A stretch of 33,770 nucleotides of DNA, from positions 1-33,770 of the forward strand of contig QBLP01000001.1 in NCBI GenBank assembly GCA_003070825.1, read 5' to 3'. This stretch comes from Halanaerobium sp. (lineage in GTDB: Bacteria > Bacillota > Halanaerobiia > Halanaerobiales > Halanaerobiaceae). Below the pieces are notes generated by a model that searched no databases, was not told the origin of the DNA, and worked only from the letters and a program-made list of their open reading frames with translations. Positions 26,567 through 33,770 of the stretch are shown piece after piece. Every line of letters begins with the position of its first letter. The first letter of the stretch is position 1. Made by a program: the position numbers and the translations under genes.

Positions 26567-27682
26567 ATGAATAATGTAATGGCTATTATCAACAATGCCC
26601 TCGATGAGTCATTTCTGGATAAACTAACCGGTCACCGTTCTTTAGCATCTGTTCCTTTTGGAGCTCGCTACCGGCTGATTGACTTTCCTTTATCCAATCT
26701 TGTTAACTCAGGGGTAACCAATGTTGGTCTGCTGCTGCAGACAAAGTATCGTTCCCTGATGGACCATATTGGTTTTGGTAAGGCCTGGGATTTAGACCGC
26801 AAACGCAACGGACTCTTCATCCTGCCCCCAGCCCATATTTATCAGGCAAATCGAGCTTATAAGGGAGACCTGCAGAACTTTGCCAGCAATATCGATTATA
26901 TTAAACGCAGCACCCAGGAATATGTTATCATCGGCAGCCCAAATGTGGTGGCCAATATTGACTACCGGGATGCCTTTAAGTACCATGTGGAAAATGATAA
27001 TGATATTACAATAATTTACCGTGAACTTGACGTTTTCCGCCGTGATACAACCTATACTGTGATTAATACTGATGATAATGACCGGATTATCGATATGAAG
27101 GTTGATCCCAAGAAGAATTTTTACAAAAAAATATCAATGCAGAAATATATTATGAAAAAGGAACTGCTGCTTGATATTATTGATGATTGCATTTCCAAAG
27201 GGGAATGGGATTTTGTCAAAAATGCTATTATTGGAAACCTGGATAATTTAAAAGTTTACGGCTACCCCTTCCGTTCTTATGCAGCTGTCATCAATTCGAT
27301 TAATGGCTACTATAAAAGCAATCTTGAACTATTAAAGCCAAATGTCTGGCAGGATCTTTTTCTTAAAAATGGTCCAATCTATACCAAACCTAAAGATGAG
27401 GCCCCTACTGCCTATAAAAATGGAGTAAATGCCCGCAACATTCTGGCAGCAAATGGCTGCTCAATTAAAGGTGAGGTAAAAAATAGTATTTTATTTAGAG
27501 GTGTTAAAGTTCACCCCGGAGCAGTGATTAAAAACTCAGTTATTATGCAGAAATCAGAAATTGGTGAAAATGCCTATCTGGAAAATGTAATTCTGGATAA
27601 GGGAGTGCAGATAACTGCCAATAAATCACTTAAGGGAGACACCAATTTACCAATGATCATTGCTAAAAATACTATCGTTTAA
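26567..27682 (+). CDS. glgD: ADP-glucose pyrophosphorylase regulatory subunit
   Basis: Degenerate GlgC paralogue ([44 protein letters not shown]). Start placed at ATG 26567 after AAGGCGGAG. Confidence 0.92.
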   Translation: MNNVMAIINNALDESFLDKLTGHRSLASVPFGARYRLIDFPLSNLVNSGVTNVGLLLQTKYRSLMDHIGFGKAWDLDRKRNGLFILPPAHIYQANRAYKGDLQNFASNIDYIKRSTQEYVIIGSPNVVANIDYRDAFKYHVENDNDITIIYRELDVFRRDTTYTVINTDDNDRIIDMKVDPKKNFYKKISMQKYIMKKELLLDIIDDCISKGEWDFVKNAIIGNLDNLKVYGYPFRSYAAVINSINGYYKSNLELLKPNVWQDLFLKNGPIYTKPKDEAPTAYKNGVNARNILAANGCSIKGEVKNSILFRGVKVHPGAVIKNSVIMQKSEIGENAYLENVILDKGVQITANKSLKGDTNLPMIIAKNTIV

Positions 27683-27709
27683 TTTAAATTAAAACTAGAT
27701 AAATTATTT

Positions 27710-27737
27710 AAAGGCAGGGGAAGCTTCCCCTGCCTTT
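27710..27737. terminator. Bidirectional terminator between glgD and the symporter gene
   Basis: Perfect 28-bp palindrome AAAGGCAGGGGAAGCTTCCCCTGCCTTT between convergent genes. Confidence 0.85.
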
Positions 27738-27775
27738 GCTTTACTTTAATTTTTTTAATTTAATTTTTCTGTTGA

Positions 27776-29143
27776 TCAGGCAGCCTGATCATTTTCTACT
27801 TCCAGTAAATAATCATCCTTTTCCCTGACAATTACTCCGGCCAGAACAACCAGAGCAATTAAGTTTGGAGCTGCCATCAGCCCATTTAAAGTATCAGCTA
27901 AAAGCCAGATTGGTTCTAAAGCACCAACTGCCCCCACCAAAAGCAGGACTACAAAAACAAAGCGGTATGGTTTTACTATTTTCTTACCGAATAAATACTT
28001 CCAGCTTTCTTCTCCATAAAAACTCCAGGTAAGCATTGTAGTATAGGCAAAAATTATGATACTGATATTAATTATATAACCACCTGGACCGGGCAGGCCA
28101 CGGGTAAATCCTTCTGCTGCCAGAACTGCACCTGTTTCTCCAGTTCCCAGAGCCCCGGTTAATAAAATTACTAAAGCTGTAATTGTACCGACAACAATGG
28201 TATCAATAAACACTTCCCAGATACCCCACATTCCCTGACGGGTTGGCTTATTCCGTGCCTGAGCATGGACCATAGAAGCTGCTCCCAGCCCGGCTTCATT
28301 AGAAAACACACCGCGGGCGATACCAAAGCGAACTGCCATCCTGACTGAGGCACCTGCAAAACCGCCAAAAGCTGCTGTCGGATTAAAAGCACTACTTACT
28401 ATCTCGGCCAAAACTGCTGGCACCTGTGTGATATTGGCAAAAATTATAACTGCACCACCGATAAAATAAAAAGCTGCCATTAAAGGAACTAATTTTTCTG
28501 CTACCTTTCCAATTCTCTTAATTCCTCCCAGAACAACCAGCCCCACCAAAAACGATACAGCAAGACCTGTAATCCAGCTTGGGACAGCAAAACCATCTTC
28601 AGCTGCATGAGCCAGAGTATTCGACTGCACCATGTTTCCAATTCCAAAAGCTGCCATTCCTGCAAAAAATGCATATAAGGAAGCCAGCCATTTCCAGCGG
28701 CCGCCCATTCCCTTTTCTATATAATACATAACTCCACCACTGTACTCATCTTCACCGGTCTTTTCTCTAAATTTAACTCCCAGCTGAGCTTCAGCAAATT
28801 TGGTTGCCATTCCTACCAGCGCAGAAATCCACATCCAGAAAACTGCTCCCGGGCCACCTAGTGATAGAGCTGTAGATACACCGGCAATATTTCCAACTCC
28901 CAGTGTTGCCGCCATCGCTGAACTAATAGCCTGAAAAGATGATAAAACACCTTCTTCATTCTCAACATCTCTCCGAAAATAGCGGCCAAAACTTTTGTCC
29001 CAGGACAGTTTAAAATGCTTAAACTGTAAAAAATTAAGCCTAATTGTTAAATAAAGACCTGTTCCCACCAGCAGAAATAAAAAAGGTGGTCCCCAGACAA
29101 TCGAATTAACTGTACTATTAATTGATAAAAACCATTCTAACAT
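27776..29143 (-). CDS. Alanine/glycine:cation symporter (AGCS, AlsT-like)
   Basis: G.GNIAGV..A...GGPGAVFWMW, QSNT, RGVFSNEAGLG, VFIDT, NGLMAAPNL. Confidence 0.93.
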   Translation of the reverse strand: MLEWFLSINSTVNSIVWGPPFLFLLVGTGLYLTIRLNFLQFKHFKLSWDKSFGRYFRRDVENEEGVLSSFQAISSAMAATLGVGNIAGVSTALSLGGPGAVFWMWISALVGMATKFAEAQLGVKFREKTGEDEYSGGVMYYIEKGMGGRWKWLASLYAFFAGMAAFGIGNMVQSNTLAHAAEDGFAVPSWITGLAVSFLVGLVVLGGIKRIGKVAEKLVPLMAAFYFIGGAVIIFANITQVPAVLAEIVSSAFNPTAAFGGFAGASVRMAVRFGIARGVFSNEAGLGAASMVHAQARNKPTRQGMWGIWEVFIDTIVVGTITALVILLTGALGTGETGAVLAAEGFTRGLPGPGGYIINISIIIFAYTTMLTWSFYGEESWKYLFGKKIVKPYRFVFVVLLLVGAVGALEPIWLLADTLNGLMAAPNLIALVVLAGVIVREKDDYLLEVENDQAA

Positions 29144-29254
29144 AAATTTCCTCCTTGTCTTCTCTAATTATAAATTTATGATGATAAAAAAATTATATCA
29201 TATATCTAAAATATTAAAATGATTATCCATGTATACATTGACTTTCTGGGTGAT

Positions 29255-30229
29255 TTACGCTGATTCTCTTACAACTAATTCCACATCGAGAATATTTTTC
29301 TGTTCAATTTCTTCTCCTGCTATTTCTTTAAGCAGAAGCTCTACTGATTTTCTGGCGATCTCTGCTGCCGGCTGCCTGATTGTAGTTATTTCGGGACTGT
29401 AGAGGCTGGCCAGCTCCAGATCATCATAACCGATAACTTTTAAATCCTGAGGCACCCTGATTCCATTTGCCTTCGCTTCTTTAATTACAGCTGCAGCAAT
29501 CAAATCACTGCTGGCAAAAATACCGTCAACAACTCGATCTGAGTCAAAAATTTCTCGGGCCAGTTTTCTGTACTCCTGGCGGTCAAAACTATTTAACTGA
29601 CACTGATAATCATCAACCTTAAAGCCGGCGTCATTTATCGTCTGTTTAAAAGCCTGGTAGCGCTGATTGGAAAGCAAATCAAGCTCCAGACTGCCGCCAA
29701 TATACGCAACTTTCTCTGCCCCTGCTGCCAGTAAGTGCTCAGCTGCCAGTTTTCCACCCTTAAGATTATCAGAGCAAATATAGGGAATGCCTTCAAACTG
29801 GCGGTCAAAAGTCAGCACCGGCAGGTCAACCTTCATTTCAGCAGCAATATCTAAAGTATGGCTGGCCAGGAAAATTCCATCTACCTGCTGAGCTCTGAGC
29901 ATATTGATATAATCTTTTTCCTTAGCTGCCTCCATCTGCGAATTACAGAGCATAATCTTATAGTCATTCTGATAGGCAAACTCTTCAAAATAAGACAATA
30001 GACTGCTGAAAAAGGGATGCTTAACCGCCGGCAGAATTACTCCCAAAATATTTGATTTCTTTTTGGAAAGTGACCTGGCAACAGCATTCGGTCTGTAATT
30101 TAACTGATCCATCACCTGATAGACCTTTTCCCGGGTCTCTTCTGCTATGTAGCCGCGATTGTTGATCACTCTTGAAACTGTAGTAACTGTTACCCCTGCT
30201 TTTTCGGCCACATCCTTCTGAGTGGTCAT
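29255..30229 (-). CDS. LacI-family transcriptional regulator (ScrR-like)
   Basis: N-terminal HTH (DVAEKAGVTVTTVSRVIN, LNYRPNAVARSL) and VPQDLKVIGYD. Adjacent to sucrose phosphorylase. Confidence 0.92.
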   Translation of the reverse strand: MTTQKDVAEKAGVTVTTVSRVINNRGYIAEETREKVYQVMDQLNYRPNAVARSLSKKKSNILGVILPAVKHPFFSSLLSYFEEFAYQNDYKIMLCNSQMEAAKEKDYINMLRAQQVDGIFLASHTLDIAAEMKVDLPVLTFDRQFEGIPYICSDNLKGGKLAAEHLLAAGAEKVAYIGGSLELDLLSNQRYQAFKQTINDAGFKVDDYQCQLNSFDRQEYRKLAREIFDSDRVVDGIFASSDLIAAAVIKEAKANGIRVPQDLKVIGYDDLELASLYSPEITTIRQPAAEIARKSVELLLKEIAGEEIEQKNILDVELVVRESA

Positions 30230-30250
30230 CTTTAATCAACCTCCTTAGTT

Positions 30251-30297
30251 AAAAACCCCTTAAATTAATAGCTTTAAACTATTTCAACTTAAGGGGC
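30251..30297 (-). terminator. Terminator-like hairpin between sucrose phosphorylase and the lacI gene
   Basis: CCCCTTAA...TTAAGGGG stem with inner pairing, followed by T5 on the minus strand. Confidence 0.55.
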
Positions 30298-30354
30298 TCA
30301 TTGTTAACTTTTTCTATTAAAATTTTTCGATTTTAAATCAACTGAGACAGCTTT

Positions 30355-31806
30355 TTAGAGTTCTAAAGTCTCCATTACTCCTTTTTGCTGATCATAATAT
30401 TCAATCTCAAAACTATCCTGACTGAAATCTGCCTCTAAAACTGCTCTGGACTCACCATTCTGCCAGCTGATCTTAAGTTCTTCTTCCCGCTCAGAATCAT
30501 GGATAGTATAGTCGCCGGCAAAAGCAGGATAGGAATTGCGGAATTCCATCAATTTGATCAATTTCTGAACTACCGGTCTTTGAACCTCAGACTCAATTTC
30601 TGCCTTAGAATAATAGTGGCGGTTAATATTGCGCCCCACCTTTGTCTCTTCCAGTAATTCAATATCATTTTCCCCAGCCAGCATCCCTACATAGTAAACC
30701 TGGGGAATTCCGGGGGCAAAAAACTGAACTGCCCTTGCTAAAAGGTAAGAATCATCATTATTTCCCAAAGCAGAATAATAACTGCAGTTAATCTGGTAAA
30801 TATCTAAGTTGTCATAGGCCTCACTGCTGTAAACTTTTTTAACATTGGAGCCGCGCTGGTAGAGCATTTCTCTGGTTTCTTCTATCTCCTGATCGGTCAT
30901 TAGGTCTTTAACATCAACTACCCCAATCCCATCATGAGTATCTAAGGTTGTGTACTGATTGGCAGGTGCTTTTTTAAGCCAGTCTCTTAAGCGTTTGGAT
31001 GTAGAGCTGTAAATTGAGTGCAGTAAGAGCATCGGCAGAGAAAAATCATAAACTGGGTGTCCTTTCTCAGCAATTTTAAGCTGAATTGAATGGTGCTCGT
31101 GGATTTCCGGTAAAATTTCCACATCTTTTTCAGCCAGAATATCCTTACAGTAATCTAAAAGTTCCCAGATATCAGGCTCGATAAAAAAGCAGCTTGTTCC
31201 CGCCTTTTTAATTGCATAAGCAAAGGCATCAAGTCTGATAATTGAAGCTCCCTGCTCAGCTAAAAATTCGAGACTTTCTCTAATAAAATTCTTAACTACC
31301 TCAGATTCCATATTTAAATCCAGCTGTTCTTCGGCAAAGGTGCACCAGATCTTCTCTGTTGTCCCATCAGCAAAATCAACATCAATATAGGGAGCCCGCG
31401 GTTTACGCTTATAAATTAAATCGACTTCCTCTTCTGTTGGCTCACCGTTTTCCCAGAAGTCCTTGTAGCGGATAAAAAAATCAGAGTACTTTGAATCATC
31501 TTTATGCTGCTTAAAATCTTTAAAATACTCAGACTGCTTTGAAATGTGATTGACCATAAAATCAAACATCAGGTAATAATTATCTGCCAGAGCCTGTATA
31601 TCATCCCAGTCCCCAAATTTTGGATCAACTTCTCTGTAGGTTAAAGGTGCAAAACCTCTATCTGCAGAAGAAGGAAAAAATGGGAGAATATGAACTCCTC
31701 CCACCGCATCCTTAAAATGTTTATCCAGCACTTCTTTTAGATCCTCTAAATTCTGACCCATACTATCGGCATATGTAATTAACATCACTTTATTCTCTGC
31801 TGACAA
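30355..31806 (-). CDS. gtfA: Sucrose phosphorylase (GH13_18)
   Basis: TTG start with GGAGG. MLITYADS, HILPFFPS..DRGF, IRLDAFAYA, EIHEH, LDTHDGIG, NLDIYQIN, GRNINRH. Confidence 0.88.
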   Translation of the reverse strand: MSAENKVMLITYADSMGQNLEDLKEVLDKHFKDAVGGVHILPFFPSSADRGFAPLTYREVDPKFGDWDDIQALADNYYLMFDFMVNHISKQSEYFKDFKQHKDDSKYSDFFIRYKDFWENGEPTEEEVDLIYKRKPRAPYIDVDFADGTTEKIWCTFAEEQLDLNMESEVVKNFIRESLEFLAEQGASIIRLDAFAYAIKKAGTSCFFIEPDIWELLDYCKDILAEKDVEILPEIHEHHSIQLKIAEKGHPVYDFSLPMLLLHSIYSSTSKRLRDWLKKAPANQYTTLDTHDGIGVVDVKDLMTDQEIEETREMLYQRGSNVKKVYSSEAYDNLDIYQINCSYYSALGNNDDSYLLARAVQFFAPGIPQVYYVGMLAGENDIELLEETKVGRNINRHYYSKAEIESEVQRPVVQKLIKLMEFRNSYPAFAGDYTIHDSEREEELKISWQNGESRAVLEADFSQDSFEIEYYDQQKGVMETLEL

Positions 31807-31852
31807 CTTAATCCCTCCAGAAATTTTATTTTAAATTTTAAATTATATCTAT

Positions 31853-31894
31853 ATTTTATTATCTCGAATTTTATATGTCAAGCGCTTAACATAT
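31853..31894 (-). promoter_or_regulatory. gtfA promoter with a LacI/ScrR-type operator overlapping the -35
   Basis: TTGACA (31876-31881)-17 bp-TAAAAT (31853-31858). 22-bp palindrome ATATGTCAAGCGCTTAACATAT (31873-31894) with one mismatched pair and a central CG. Confidence 0.85.
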
Positions 31895-31899
31895 TTTCT

Positions 31900-31929
31900 A
31901 AAAAAAGAAGGGCCTCAGCCCTCCTTTTT
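31900..31929 (-). terminator. Intrinsic terminator after the DUF4914 gene
   Basis: Minus strand AAAAAGGAGGGC-TGAG-GCCCTTCTTTTTTT. Confidence 0.8.
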
Positions 31930-31942
31930 CCTAATTATAATT

Positions 31943-33770
31943 TTAAATCTGTCTGATTATCGGATCCCCCTCAATTAAATCACAGTAGTCATCTACTCCA
32001 CCATCATTGAGAGCCGTCTCAATAATTTTTCTTCCCAGTGGGTCAAGACCGGGTTCTAGATATTCTTTGATACATTTTTTGAAGAAATCCGAAAGTATCT
32101 TACCACCAATATCATAGGCTTTTTCGCCAACTTCTGGCTGGCGGTGAACCTGTAAGAATTCTTTTTCTATATGCTGACCCTCTACCAGCAGCTCCTGCAG
32201 TGAATAACCTAAAAGCGGCATCCGGGCAGGTCGCAGCTGTTCTTCAGTAAACCAGGCACCTCCACGGCGGGCCAGGTATTCTCTGGTAATCCATTCCGGC
32301 ATAAAACCAACCTTCCAGGCCCCAATATGCTGGTTGGGGATCAAAATATACTTAACTTTAGGAGTCTCCAGTATCTGATCCAGGAGCAGATTGGCCTGAT
32401 CAACCTTTTTACCGGTTGCAAAGGGCCAGTAAGAACCGACTCCTTCAGAACTCATCCCCTCGCCAGTGATAATACTTGGATTTCCGTGTCCCCGGGGAGC
32501 AACCAGCCGCCAGAGCCAGGCTAAGGCAGGAGGCAGCACATGGAAAAGTCCCATGATGCCATAAGTAGGATTTTCCTTTGTACAGGGTGGTACCCGCACC
32601 CCAAAACTGCGGACATCTATAGAAAGCGGTTCTTTTAAAACATCAGGAATAATATCTCTGGGAATTGTCACCCGCGGATTGGGGCAGGGCTGACCCGGCT
32701 CATCCTCAATATGCTCCCAGATTAAAGCTGTACTGTTTGGAGCTGCATCAATATTTAAAAATAGTAATGGTTTATCAGGATTGGCTGTAATGGCCTCCAG
32801 ATTGGGTTCAGTACCATACCTATCGATGTGATCAACCCGTACAAACCAGGAATTTTCAGCATCCATTAAAGTCAGTTTACCATTATCTTTCTGCAGTGAA
32901 TTATGACAGATTGCCATGTCATCAGTCATCGGCCGCAGTCCACAGCCCTGAGGCAGGGTAATGTGGAACTTCTCATCTGTCATTAAATTCTTACCAAATA
33001 GGAGGCGCCCACTTCTTTCGCGGTGCATATCCTCCAGCATTTCACTTTTTCCACCACCACTGGCGCCCTCGTGAGAAATATTTACTGTATTGCCATAAGG
33101 GGTTACTACCTGGACAGCCGAGCAGTGCAGGGTTACCCATTCTTCTTTTTCCCCCTGATTGATCAGCATTCCATAAACTCCCTTTTTAGCACTCGGTCCT
33201 GGATAAAGATTATAGGCAAACATTTCATATTTACTATCCAGTCGGCGGTGAACTACCACCTGTTTACCGTCAAAATGAGTGTGGCGAAATGGTGGTGCTA
33301 CATATATGTGGGAGGTGGGCTTAAATAGCTCTTCTCGCTTTCGGGTATCAACTATCCCCTGCAGCAGGGAAAGTCCAAAAGCAAAAAAGGCAGCATTAGC
33401 CGGCACCAGGGCCATTGCCTTCACTCCCAAACCATTAGGCCCAGTCTCAAAGAAAAAGAGGGCCAGTTCCTGGGTCTTCAACCACTCAAAAGTTTCACCC
33501 CTCATTTTTTCTGTAAAATCTTCTCCAAAACGCTCCTCATATCTTTCCTTATCAGTCGGCTTCTCGTCAGCAATCAGCATACAATTTGGATCACGGCGGC
33601 GCATATAGGATTCAGGATAATTAGCTGAAATCCCATTTCTAACCTTACAGACAACAGCTTCTACAACCTGACCCCGCTCAGGAATATCATATTTCACTTC
33701 CTGACAGCCATTTTTAGCATCTCTAACAGACAGCTCAACCAGCTGCTGCTCACTATGAGCAACTGTGTAT
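31943..33770 (-). CDS. DUF4914-like protein with PEP carboxykinase-like motifs; 5' end lies beyond the window
   Basis: Frame stays open upstream of 33697 to the edge (..YTVAHSEQQLVELSVRDAKNGCQEVKYDI..). Motifs YPGPSAKKG, LHCSA, GASGGGKSE, TDDMA, CPNPR. Confidence 0.75.
   Translation of the reverse strand, partial: YTVAHSEQQLVELSVRDAKNGCQEVKYDIPERGQVVEAVVCKVRNGISANYPESYMRRRDPNCMLIADEKPTDKERYEERFGEDFTEKMRGETFEWLKTQELALFFFETGPNGLGVKAMALVPANAAFFAFGLSLLQGIVDTRKREELFKPTSHIYVAPPFRHTHFDGKQVVVHRRLDSKYEMFAYNLYPGPSAKKGVYGMLINQGEKEEWVTLHCSAVQVVTPYGNTVNISHEGASGGGKSEMLEDMHRERSGRLLFGKNLMTDEKFHITLPQGCGLRPMTDDMAICHNSLQKDNGKLTLMDAENSWFVRVDHIDRYGTEPNLEAITANPDKPLLFLNIDAAPNSTALIWEHIEDEPGQPCPNPRVTIPRDIIPDVLKEPLSIDVRSFGVRVPPCTKENPTYGIMGLFHVLPPALAWLWRLVAPRGHGNPSIITGEGMSSEGVGSYWPFATGKKVDQANLLLDQILETPKVKYILIPNQHIGAWKVGFMPEWITREYLARRGGAWFTEEQLRPARMPLLGYSLQELLVEGQHIEKEFLQVHRQPEVGEKAYDIGGKILSDFFKKCIKEYLEPGLDPLGRKIIETALNDGGVDDYCDLIEGDPIIRQI

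Noticed and set aside
201-33608. The many short ORFs in the track that overlap long genes (e.g. 201-392, 11327-11713, 18368-18904, 23406-23882, 33279-33608)
   Set aside because: They are antisense or alternate-frame shadows of well-supported genes, with no RBS or recognisable motifs.
1-33770. CRISPR array, tRNA/rRNA, IS or prophage (the encapsulin has a phage-like HK97 fold)
   Set aside because: I saw no repeat-spacer periodicity, RNA gene signatures, transposase, integrase or other phage genes. The shell gene has a cellular cargo partner.

Overview
AT-rich chromosomal window from an anaerobic Firmicute. Gene content and style suggest a Halanaerobium-like organism (inference). It holds 27 CDS, two of them truncated by the window edges. 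I saw no rRNA, tRNA, CRISPR array or transposase. From left to right: a nitrosative/redox stress block (DUF438-hemerythrin, hcp, ferritin-like protein, korAB), wecB, a DUF6530-like gene, the TIGR03915/TIGR03916 putative DNA-repair pair, a family-1 encapsulin with an encapsulated-ferritin cargo, lpdA, cfa, a patatin, a NitT/TauT-type ABC importer, a two-gene SUF-like minimal (SmsCB-type) Fe-S system, a FucI/AraA-like isomerase, a glycogen locus (glgA divergent from glgBCD), an AGCS symporter, a LacI regulator with sucrose phosphorylase, and a PEPCK-like DUF4914 gene. The most striking observation is that glycogen synthase GlgA is fused in frame, via a Lys/Ala/Pro-rich linker, to a ComEA-type double helix-hairpin-helix DNA-binding domain, and the branching enzyme GlgB also has a Lys-rich tail. 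This may indicate a nucleoid-tethered glycogen synthesis or granule-partitioning system (hypothesis). Other highlights are paired CRP/FNR-type and Rrf2-like operators at hcp and DUF438, a 164-bp rod-like palindrome and a LexA-like box ahead of the repair genes, a beta-clamp motif in the radical SAM protein, and an 8-bp-period operator array ahead of the DUF6530-like gene. All family calls come from motif recognition, not database searches.
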